DNA from: Nitrosopumilales archaeon
GTDB lineage: Archaea; Thermoproteota; Nitrososphaeria; Nitrososphaerales; Nitrososphaeraceae
Direction: 5' to 3'
Length of the DNA stretch: 16,986 nt
NCBI GenBank assembly: GCA_044507735.1
Contig: JBIQJB010000037.1
Coordinates: forward strand, 1-16,986
In this document: positions 1-7,335 of the stretch, piece by piece
How positions within the stretch are numbered: the stretch's first letter is position 1
Layout: each line of letters begins with the position of its first letter
Notes under the pieces: generated by a model
The model's database searches: none
Told to the model about the DNA's origin: nothing
The model's input: only the letters and a program-made list of their open reading frames with translations
Position numbers and translations under genes: made by a program

Positions 1-30
1 TATCTTGCAATGATAGCACTTTGTAGCCAC
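1..30 (-). CDS. possible 5' end of a divergent tnpB (runs off window)
   Basis: GTG at 30 opens MATKCYHCKI... to the window edge, divergent from tnpA as in IS605-type elements. Only 10 codons are visible. Confidence 0.3.
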   Translation of the reverse strand, partial: MATKCYHCKI

Positions 31-54
31 GTTACTCTTATCTATATTCTATAG

Positions 55-483
55 GTTAAAAAAAACATTATAGGTAGAGCAAGTTCTGCAGTCTATAGCA
101 TCAACTATCATATCGTATGGTGTTCCAAGTATAGAAAGGCAATCCTCACGGAGAAGGTCAAAGAGTTTCTAGAAGACCAGCTCCGCACGATAGCAGAGAC
201 AAAGGGTTACAAGATTCTCGAACTGAGAGTAATGCCAGACCACATACACCTGTTCATCGAGGCAAATCCTTTCGATTCGCCTATGAATATTGTCAAGATA
301 TTCAAGGGCATTACTGGCTTGCGTATGTTCAAAAGGTTTCCTGAGCTTGAAAAGCAGTTGTGGAGGGGTGTTCTCGGGTCGCCATCATACTACATTGGTA
401 CAGCAGGTCATGTCTCTGCTGAAACTATCGAGCGATATATTCGTGAACAAGAACGGCATTCATCTACTGGACAAGTCCAGTAG
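55..483 (+). pseudogene. tnpA: IS200/IS605 transposase TnpA (Y1 HUH), probably degenerate
   Basis: Frame 1 is open from 55 (VKKNIIGRASSAVYSINYHIVWCSKYRK...MPDHIHLFI...KG...SPSYY...TIERYIREQE) with the HUH motif DHIH and catalytic YxxxQ. There is no ATG before 232 and an in-frame TAG at 52-54. Consensus WCPKYR reads WCSKYR and LWSPSY reads LGSPSY. Confidence 0.8.
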
Positions 484-495
484 TCTTCTGCCGTT
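452..495. repeat. IS end hairpin (TnpA-binding subterminal palindrome)
   Basis: Perfect 8-bp stem with a 4-nt loop at 464-483, plus a 7-bp outer stem at 452-458/489-495. Confidence 0.8.
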
Positions 496-787
496 AATCT
501 CTATAAAATCCATCGCGTGTCACGTGGATCAACTCTGCTTTTGCTTCTCTAGTGGCATTATCATTAGGAAGGTAGTAGCCCGGATGCCGTATGGGTTCCT
601 TGTCGACCTCTGTCAATGCCAACCTTATTGCATCGTCTTTCAATACTGCAAATGGTTCTGCATCAATGGCGGTCTGCGGATAAACAAATATCGCTACTGC
701 AGTTACACCTGTCCCGAACAGAGTGACTGTCAGCAATTTCACTACTTTACTATCGTTCAGACATTGTGCGCCATTCGGAGACGACAA
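494..787 (-). pseudogene. membrane-anchored hypothetical protein, probably 3'-truncated by the IS insertion
   Basis: TTG start, N-terminal hydrophobic segment (LLTVTLFGTGVTAVAIFVY) and ATATAT about 26-32 nt upstream. The frame reads ...DGFY across the TTAT target site and stops 2 codons later inside the IS end. Confidence 0.55.
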
Positions 788-947
788 GGGCTTGAATCAA
801 TGGCATTTGAAGCATATATCATTAGTTTAGTTTGAGGAAGCCATTCGTATCAGCGATTCATTTCTGGCATCTACAAGATTCAGGCTGATGCCAGCAGTCG
901 CTTGAGATGGAGTGCTGCCTTTTGCTCCCTCACAGGATTTTGAGTCT

Positions 948-1598
948 TTACCTGCTAGTATATTCCTTCAAAGATTCTGCAATAGCCGCTAGCTGTTCCA
1001 ATGGAATCTCAGTTGACCGGGCCTGTATCTTTACAATGGTTCCCGTCTTGTCGTCAACTACCCAAATCGTGGCAGGATGTTCGATTATAGACCGGTGCAC
1101 TATTTCGCCATTTTCATCTATAGCTATCGATTCAGAAAGACCCCTGTCGTATCCGGCGGCAATCATCCTGCCATTCTGGAATACATAGCTCTTTGCTTCA
1201 AGACCGTTTTCTGCAAAGCTTGCCATGGCTCTCTGAACATACTCTTCACCAGTTCTTGCGCTGCCTACTCTGCTCAGAGGAGATTCGACAATCTCGATAT
1301 ACCCTTCCTCGTGCGATGCAGGGTTGTCAGGGTCGCACACTGGACGGGTGAAATACTGCATATAGACTGTATCTGGTGGAACAAAGTCGACTGACTGCAG
1401 TGAATAGCCATCGGGCAGCGTCTCTGGCAGCAGTATTTCAAATGAAGCATTTTCCTTTACTTCTTCAATGCTATACCAACAGAGAACCTCTTCACTGCTA
1501 TTCAGCGGGCCACTGACAAATATTGAGGAGAACACAAATACCAGCATTATTCCAACGGCCAAGCCTGCGAGTGCAGAGATTGTTACGCTGCCTGCCAA
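948..1598 (-). CDS. N-terminally membrane-anchored hypothetical protein (DUF4367-like)
   Basis: 216 aa with an N-terminal TM helix. Motifs SIEEVKENASFEILLPETLPDGYSL and C-terminal IPLEQLAAIAESL resemble DUF4367-type extracytoplasmic domains. Confidence 0.7.
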   Translation of the reverse strand: MAGSVTISALAGLAVGIMLVFVFSSIFVSGPLNSSEEVLCWYSIEEVKENASFEILLPETLPDGYSLQSVDFVPPDTVYMQYFTRPVCDPDNPASHEEGYIEIVESPLSRVGSARTGEEYVQRAMASFAENGLEAKSYVFQNGRMIAAGYDRGLSESIAIDENGEIVHRSIIEHPATIWVVDDKTGTIVKIQARSTEIPLEQLAAIAESLKEYTSR

Positions 1599-1722
1599 CT
1601 GGTGCTATTTGTACGTAGAGCTTCTTTTGAGGGTTTATCTAAACAATCTCGTGATTTGTTTTTGAACCCCAGGCTAGATTCCATTCCACGAATCTCAAGA
1701 AGAGCTTGTGTGGCTACCTCCC

Positions 1723-1878
1723 TCATTCAAAGACATTCTTGTGGCCATTGCCGCACACCCATTCGCCCTTTTTGCCATTCGACCAAAAGTCAAACTTTAC
1801 CGTATCTGACTGCACTTCATGGCTGCCGCAAATCTTGCACGGCGGCAAAGGCCGCGAATGGTTGAGAAAGGACACCAT
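1723..1878 (-). CDS. 51-aa zinc-finger microprotein (not in ORF track)
   Basis: Manual translation: MVSFLNHSRPLPPCKICGSHEVQSDTVKFDFWSNGKKGEWVCGNGHKNVFE*. It has CxxCG and CxNGH knuckles, with minus-strand TTAAAAT at 1902-1908, 24-30 nt upstream of the ATG. Confidence 0.7.
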   Translation of the reverse strand: MVSFLNHSRPLPPCKICGSHEVQSDTVKFDFWSNGKKGEWVCGNGHKNVFE

Positions 1879-2039
1879 GAACCTCTGTTACACAAAGTGC
1901 GATTTTAAGTAATTGGCAAGTCGCTCTCCAGATATTGACTCAATTACACAAGATGAAAGAATGAACTATTCAAGATCTTTTTGTCAACAAACAACAAATT
2001 CAAAAAGGAGAGAGTGTGGCGGCGGAAGATGCTGTCCCT

Positions 2040-4169
2040 CTAGGCCGTGGCAGTCTTCTTCTTCTTGCCATCGTCGTAGTTCCACACCAGGTTCGTGTAG
2101 AGCATCTGCGGCACCAGCTTCTTGAACTGGACACCGTCAGACCTGTACCACTTCGGGAACCACTCGTACAGGTGCAACCTGATGGTCTGGATGTAGACGA
2201 TCAGGCCCTCTATCATCATGATGCCGATGTTGCCGCCAATCAGTATGGCCAGACCTCCGCCGTGCTCGAACGAGTTGTTGACCGTCACTAGAAGCGCAGT
2301 GTGGACAAGGAGCATGATACCAAGTCGAGAGTAGCTGATGGTGTTGGCGAGCATCTCGATGGTCCTGACCATGACTGTTTCTACCACAATGCCGACGATC
2401 CCGCCTCCCTCTGGCTCCTTGCCGTGAGCGAGGGCATGCTTTTGTTCCTTCAGGCCGCCAATGATTGTAATGGCAATGCATGCAATGATTACAGGAGGCA
2501 TGGCCTTTGCCACAAAGCCCACCGAAACCCAGCTTCCAAACGCAAATGTCAGCCATGGCACCGGTGTATCATAGTAGTTGTCACTCAGGAACATTCCGAT
2601 GATATCGTACTGGGAACCGATGGCAGCGAGTATCAGTGAGACAACTGCGAGGTACTGTATGATGGCAGGTATATCGTGGGTGTAAACCATCAGCTTGTTG
2701 CCCTGCTTCAGGTTCGTCCTCAGCCTGAGGAAGAACGCAAGCAGCAGGTGAACGATACCTATCGCAACAGATACCTCCAGTATCTTGACTACCTGGTCAA
2801 ATGTCAGCTCTGATACGCTCAGCAGGCCAATGAACGGCAAAGAGTGGGCGATCGGCTCAAGGAACGCAATGTGATCAAGGTGGAACCCAAACATCTCGCC
2901 AGTTCCAAGGCCTCCTACGGCTGCGCCAAGGCCGCTGGCTGCAATGAGCGTTCCCCAAACTTTCAGCCTGCCGTTGCCCCTGAACCTAAAGAGCATGCCA
3001 AGACCGAAGAGCAAAATACCGTGGCCGAGGTCTGCAAACATCAGCCCGTAGAATATCGGCCAGACAAACGCGATCATTGGCGTCGGGTCGATTTCGCCGT
3101 ACCTTGGCAGCCCCTGGGTCTCGGTAATGACCTGGAAGTTGTGCACGTACTTTTTGTTGGTGAGGAGCGACGGAAGTGGCTCAGAGCCCCTTTCGCCCTC
3201 GTGGCTGTTTACCGTAATGTTGGCGTCTTCAACTATGGAAACATAATCAGAGGTGAGCTTTTTGAACTTGCCCTCCATCTCTTGCGGGATATAGCCCTCA
3301 ATTACTGCAAAGTTCTTGGTTCCGCCGGGTTTCCTTGTGATTTCAAGGACGTCCTTGGCAACCCTCGCGGCCTCCTGCAGTGACAGAAGCTGTGTGAGGA
3401 TGGACTGCTTGACCTTTTCGACCTCCTTGTCCACCTGCTGTTCCCGGGCTTCAAGTTCTTTGACCTTGGCCTTTGCAAGTGCATAAGCCTCGCTTGGGTT
3501 CTGTGGCATGTTTGGAGGGAGCTGCAGCGGGTTGACGCCAAAGCTCCTGAGCACCTTGAGCACGCGCTCCGAGTCGTCTGCAGAGCCAATGATCACAAGA
3601 GATGTCTTGTTCTCGCTGAGCTTCATGGAATAGATGGCAAGGTCGTCAAGGCTCTTTCTGATCTCGGCCTCGTCGTGGGCATCGATAACGAAAAGGTTGG
3701 CCGAAAAGTTGTTCAGCTTGGACAGAACGCTCAGGTTAAAGCTCAGATTTGCGGCGTTTGAGACAAGCGCCTCAAGAGTTGAGTACTCTTCAAGCTCTTT
3801 CTTGACCCTGTTGCGCTCTTCAAGCACCTTCCTTGGGCCTTCAAGCAGCTTGGCGCTCTTGTCCTCAAGGTCGGCGATAAAGCCCTGAATGTCTTCAGCA
3901 GCGTAATCGTGCTTGCCCTTTGGGGCGCCCTTGAACATGGTCGCAAGGACTCCCGTCTCTGGAGGTATGCCCAGGGCCTTGACCACTTCGTCAATGTCCT
4001 GGTACAGCCTTTGGGCCTTTGTCAAAAGATCGTCGTAATACGGGTTAATGTGTTCAGAAGCATTCTGGATCGGATGGAACCACTCCAGCTCAGCCAGCCT
4101 GCTCACGGCCTCTTGTGTCTCCAGCCTCGGCAAGACGATCGTGGCCTTCATTAATTTGGCTAGCCCCAT
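2040..4169 (-). CDS. atpI: A/V-type ATP synthase subunit I (a)
   Basis: 709 aa with a soluble coiled-coil N-half and hydrophobic C-half. Motifs: LPRYGEIDPTP, FYGLMFADLGHG, SYSRL (essential Arg), RLHLYEWF. Confidence 0.97.
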   Translation of the reverse strand: MGLAKLMKATIVLPRLETQEAVSRLAELEWFHPIQNASEHINPYYDDLLTKAQRLYQDIDEVVKALGIPPETGVLATMFKGAPKGKHDYAAEDIQGFIADLEDKSAKLLEGPRKVLEERNRVKKELEEYSTLEALVSNAANLSFNLSVLSKLNNFSANLFVIDAHDEAEIRKSLDDLAIYSMKLSENKTSLVIIGSADDSERVLKVLRSFGVNPLQLPPNMPQNPSEAYALAKAKVKELEAREQQVDKEVEKVKQSILTQLLSLQEAARVAKDVLEITRKPGGTKNFAVIEGYIPQEMEGKFKKLTSDYVSIVEDANITVNSHEGERGSEPLPSLLTNKKYVHNFQVITETQGLPRYGEIDPTPMIAFVWPIFYGLMFADLGHGILLFGLGMLFRFRGNGRLKVWGTLIAASGLGAAVGGLGTGEMFGFHLDHIAFLEPIAHSLPFIGLLSVSELTFDQVVKILEVSVAIGIVHLLLAFFLRLRTNLKQGNKLMVYTHDIPAIIQYLAVVSLILAAIGSQYDIIGMFLSDNYYDTPVPWLTFAFGSWVSVGFVAKAMPPVIIACIAITIIGGLKEQKHALAHGKEPEGGGIVGIVVETVMVRTIEMLANTISYSRLGIMLLVHTALLVTVNNSFEHGGGLAILIGGNIGIMMIEGLIVYIQTIRLHLYEWFPKWYRSDGVQFKKLVPQMLYTNLVWNYDDGKKKKTATA

Positions 4170-4196
4170 GATCAGGGGTTCTGTGAACCCTATCTC

Positions 4197-4203
4197 TTTA
4201 AAA
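4197..4203 (-). promoter_or_regulatory. putative TATA box for atpI
   Basis: Minus-strand TTTTAAA 28-34 nt upstream of ATG 4169, preceded by a purine-rich BRE-like GAAAGGA. Confidence 0.55.
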
Positions 4204-4323
4204 TCCTTTCTTCAGCAATGTGGCCGAGAACGCACACGCTGCGCGCATGAATATGCGATGTGTTGTGTGGATGAAAGTGTTGATTGGCTTTTGGTTGCGA
4301 GAGAAAATGAAAAAGTGGTTGCC

Positions 4324-4329
4324 AAAAAA
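4324..4329 (-). terminator. putative oligo(T) terminator after atpK
   Basis: T6 run on the minus strand about 25 nt past the atpK stop, followed by further T-runs. This fits archaeal U-tract termination. Confidence 0.35.
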
Positions 4330-4352
4330 GTGGCCGGGCTGGGTTTTCTTTT

Positions 4353-4673
4353 TTACTGACCCAAGATGATGAACATCATGACTATACCGTAGATAGCGAT
4401 TGACTCGACCATACCTACGATAATGAACACGCTTGACTGCATCTTGGGGTTTTCGCTGATTGCTGCAAGGCCTGCGGCACCTACGAAGCCAAGGCCAAAG
4501 CCAGCGCCAAGTGCTGCCAAGCCAAAAGCTATACCGGCTGCGATAAACTTGAATGACGTTGAATCAGTTACAGCTGCGCCTTCACTTCCCTGCGCGAACG
4601 CAGTGTTTGTCGTCATAAAGCCTGCAAATGCAATTGCCAGAACCGCCAAAAGGGCTATTGCTTTTCGTTGCAT
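4353..4673 (-). CDS. atpK: A-type ATP synthase subunit K (c, proteolipid), single hairpin with N-terminal signal-like presequence
   Basis: Gly-rich helix GLAALGAGFGLGFVGAAG, loop ISENPK, ion-binding Glu in GMVESIAIYG, and an N-terminal MQRK-hydrophobic-AFAQ leader. Confidence 0.96.
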   Translation of the reverse strand: MQRKAIALLAVLAIAFAGFMTTNTAFAQGSEGAAVTDSTSFKFIAAGIAFGLAALGAGFGLGFVGAAGLAAISENPKMQSSVFIIVGMVESIAIYGIVMMFIILGQ

Positions 4674-4702
4674 ATCAATCAGAGTTCCGACTATCTAAGC
4701 CC

Positions 4703-4709
4703 TATTTAA
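4703..4709 (-). promoter_or_regulatory. putative TATA box for atpK
   Basis: Minus-strand TTAAATA 30-36 nt upstream of ATG 4673. Confidence 0.55.
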
Positions 4710-4866
4710 TAGTAACTACACAGGAAAATGATAATAACATCATGCAAAAAAGTGAGAGAGATGCATCAGTATAGATAGCAACAAAAAGAGATCGCAGCAG
4801 CCCCGGCAAGAAAAAACAATGATGCCGCAGACCGGCCTGCTGCCGCCGCCACTACGCACTCTGCTG

Positions 4867-6444
4867 CTATTCTGTGGCCATCTGCACCAGTTCAGAAATG
4901 CTCTTGCCCTTTCCTTCAGAGAGCGTGTTAATTCCTCCAGTCAGGCTCTCGGCGGTGATCCCCTTCTGGCCAAGCACCTGGGCGACCCGGAGCGAAGTGT
5001 TGCCCATCATGCAGACTAGCAGCGGCTTTGAGTTGGGCCCTCCAAGCGATTTTTCCATCTCCTTTGGAATCTGCTGAGTCATCAGCAGCTGCTCCACCTC
5101 GCTTGCCTTTGGCACATAGATCTTGCTTTCGTCCACCCCCAGTGTCTTGGCTATCATTTCAATCCCCTCTTTGCGCGGGGTGTACATCGTGTGTATCCAG
5201 ACGACCCTGTCATAACTTCCGATGTTGGAGACTGCTTCCTGCAGAGGCACCTCGAGGCGCTTTTGCTTTTGCTGGCTCATTGCTTCCAGGTTCTTTCTGT
5301 ACTTTTGTACCCCGTCTGCCACTATTACGACAAACCTTCCTCCGCCGCCAAAGTTGGCCATCTGCATTGCTGCATAGAGCGCAAGAGCGCTGCTCTCTCC
5401 CATGTCGTATCCCTTGTCCACAAAGAATTTCATCAGGCGCCTTGCCTGGCCAAAGTCCACTTCGTGCTGGCCTGCATACCTGTCAGGCTCGTAGAACTTT
5501 AGCCCGCTTGCCTTGCCCTTTGTCCTGATTCCTGCGACATCCTGGTCGCCGGGCGGGAAGACCACGTGCACGGCTTTCTTGCCATACTTTTCTGCCATGT
5601 ACCTGCTCAGGCCGCCGGAGGTGCCGCCGGTTCCAAAGGTGCAGACGATCCTATAGTCAGAAAGCGACTCTCCCTGCTCGCGCAGCTGTTGCTCGATCTC
5701 CGGGGCAGTCACGGTCCTGTGCACTTCTACATTCAGGTCGTTGTCGTACTGCTCAGGGCAGAAGCAGCCGTCATAGACCTTGGCCAAGAGTTTTGCCAGA
5801 TTTATGATGTCCTGCTTTGCAAGAACTGCCTCTATTTCTGCCCGCGAATTGTCAAAAGGTGAAACATCAAAGCCCAGCTCGGCGAGCTGCGAGCGGACGT
5901 TCCAGGCCGTCGCCTTGGCCGCCATGAGGTTGGCATCCCCCTTCATCCCAGGGGCGGGGCAGATGTCCATGTCGAGGTTGAGGATGCGGATGTCCTCGCT
6001 TCTCAGCTCTTCAAACACCCCTTCCTGGAGCTTCCTGGACACGAGGGTGACCACGTTTATCCCGAGTTTCTTGCCCACCAGGCCAAGCGCGATCCCAAAG
6101 TTGCCCGACGTCGCTTCAAACACTGTCTGACCTCTCTTCAGCTTGCCGGTTGCAATTGCGTCGCGAATGATGTTTATCGCGGGCCTTGCCTTTATCGAGC
6201 CTGCAAGCAGCTTTGAATCAAACTTGCCAAAAACACGCAGATCCCTGTCGGCCAGGTCCATGCCAAAGACGCTCTTTGCGCATGCCTTCAGATCTTCAGT
6301 GATATCCTTCAAAGGAGTAGCATTGACAACCTGGGCCCCTTCCAGATGGGGGACGTTGCTCAATATCTCCGTCTGGAACTGCTGGAGTAGCACGGTGTCA
6401 ACACCGTTGTTGTTGCTGCTGTTGCTGTTCAATTCCTGCCTCAC
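4867..6444 (-). CDS. PLP-dependent cysteine synthase-family enzyme (fold type II) fused to a C-terminal rhodanese-like domain
   Basis: PLP lysine motif GSIKARPA, EATSGNFG, QYDN, GTGGT and GESSA. C-terminal LLVCMMGNTS...AESLTGGI resembles the rhodanese active loop (CxxGxRS...LxGG). Confidence 0.88.
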   Translation of the reverse strand: MRQELNSNSSNNNGVDTVLLQQFQTEILSNVPHLEGAQVVNATPLKDITEDLKACAKSVFGMDLADRDLRVFGKFDSKLLAGSIKARPAINIIRDAIATGKLKRGQTVFEATSGNFGIALGLVGKKLGINVVTLVSRKLQEGVFEELRSEDIRILNLDMDICPAPGMKGDANLMAAKATAWNVRSQLAELGFDVSPFDNSRAEIEAVLAKQDIINLAKLLAKVYDGCFCPEQYDNDLNVEVHRTVTAPEIEQQLREQGESLSDYRIVCTFGTGGTSGGLSRYMAEKYGKKAVHVVFPPGDQDVAGIRTKGKASGLKFYEPDRYAGQHEVDFGQARRLMKFFVDKGYDMGESSALALYAAMQMANFGGGGRFVVIVADGVQKYRKNLEAMSQQKQKRLEVPLQEAVSNIGSYDRVVWIHTMYTPRKEGIEMIAKTLGVDESKIYVPKASEVEQLLMTQQIPKEMEKSLGGPNSKPLLVCMMGNTSLRVAQVLGQKGITAESLTGGINTLSEGKGKSISELVQMATE

Positions 6445-6470
6445 TAGGCTCTATATTGCATAAAACGGTG

Positions 6471-6478
6471 TTATAAAA
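6471..6478 (-). promoter_or_regulatory. putative TATA box for the cysteine synthase-like gene
   Basis: Minus-strand TTTTATAA 27-34 nt upstream of GTG 6444. Confidence 0.6.
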
Positions 6479-6523
6479 TATATGATATGTCTTTGAGGCT
6501 TTGGGAAAAAGGTGAAAGGTTAG

Positions 6524-6658
6524 CTAGGCCCGGGAGAGCGCCTTGCGCTTGCTTGCGGCAAGCTCTTCCTTGACCTTTTGGATCATCGAGTCGCGCTCTG
6601 CCTTGAGCTCGGCCTTGGCCTTTTCGAAATAGTCCGATGTTGCTGCGTCTACTGTCAT
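6524..6658 (-). CDS. 44-aa charged helical protein, probable small A-ATPase-associated subunit (not in ORF track)
   Basis: MTVDAATSDYFEKAKAELKAERDSMIQKVKEELAASKRKALSRA*. ATGA overlap with the atpD stop, GGAGG at 6669-6673 10 nt upstream, and the same G/C-ending codon style (AAG, GAG, GCC) as the atp genes. Confidence 0.8.
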   Translation of the reverse strand: MTVDAATSDYFEKAKAELKAERDSMIQKVKEELAASKRKALSRA

Positions 6659-7317
6659 CTTGATGCTGCCTCCGCTTCCTCTAACTTCTTCTTATCAAGC
6701 ACTACTTTAACCTTCTTGAGCCTGACGAATTCTTCGCGCTCGCGCTCTTCAAGTGTCGCCTTGATAAAGTATATCGCGTCCTGGTACTGCGGAATGATAA
6801 CATATTCCAGCGCGTTGATCAGCTTTTGCGTGCGCTCCAGTTCCTTTGCAAGGCTGAATATCGCGTTTTCATATTCTGCAGCCTTGCATATGCCCGGAAG
6901 CATGTTCTTGATTAGTTTGGATGCCTTGTCGACTGACGCGTTTGTTTCAATAAAGCCATAGGAGAGCGACTGGCCGCCTTCCCTTGTCCTGACCTGGAGC
7001 GTCGGTATCTTGACGTCGACGATGCGCCTGACGTTCACGTCCACTTCCATCACGGAGGGGGTCGAGTCAGATATCGATTCAAGCGTGGCGGTGCCAAGGC
7101 TCATGTACGCCTGGTACACCGAAGAGTAAATTTCGCCAAGCGGCGTCCAGATATCTTCCCTTGCCTTGTTCGCTTCGTCGATCATTTCGTCGATCTTTTT
7201 GAGCAATACCTCGCGCTTGTCGTCCAGGATCTTGTGCACCATCTTGGCCACTTGCATCGAGCGCCTGATCTTGATCAGCTCGATTTTTGTTGCCGTGACC
7301 CTTCTTCCAAACGACAT
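6655..7317 (-). CDS. atpD: A/V-type ATP synthase subunit D
   Basis: ATKIELIKIR...ILDDKREVL, ELERTQKLINALEYVIIP and LEEREREEFVRLKKVK. Confidence 0.97.
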   Translation of the reverse strand: MSFGRRVTATKIELIKIRRSMQVAKMVHKILDDKREVLLKKIDEMIDEANKAREDIWTPLGEIYSSVYQAYMSLGTATLESISDSTPSVMEVDVNVRRIVDVKIPTLQVRTREGGQSLSYGFIETNASVDKASKLIKNMLPGICKAAEYENAIFSLAKELERTQKLINALEYVIIPQYQDAIYFIKATLEEREREEFVRLKKVKVVLDKKKLEEAEAASR

Positions 7318-7335
7318 CTCTGTTCTCTCTCTTTT

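Larger units (their letters stand above)
1..502. mobile_element. IS200/IS605-family insertion sequence, partial (continues beyond window start); its left end faces into the window
   Basis: Contains a Y1 HUH transposase frame, a subterminal hairpin CTACTGGA-CAAG-TCCAGTAG (464-483) inside an outer stem AACGGCA/TGCCGTT (452-458/489-495), and minus-strand TTAT at 503-506, a known type of IS200/IS605 target tetranucleotide. Confidence 0.8.

Noticed and set aside
290-835. 181-aa plus-strand ORF
   Set aside because: Overlaps tnpA out of frame, spans the IS junction and is antisense to a more protein-like ORF. Its Cys-rich composition looks random.
1678-1785. Recurrent CCATT/CATTC words resembling a short repeat array
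   Set aside because: Irregular spacing and only 5-7 nt long. Mostly AAT GGC / GAA TGG codons of the microprotein, not CRISPR or iterons.
1602-2125. Plus-strand ORFs 1602-1865, 1706-1912 and 1913-2125
   Set aside because: No motifs. They are better explained as shadows of the minus-strand zinc-finger ORF, intergenic DNA and the atpI end.
4230-4270. Weak hairpin around CGCAT-GAAT-ATGCG between atpK and atpI
   Set aside because: Only 5 perfect bp, and the extension relies on G-U pairs and mismatches. No recognisable RNA family.
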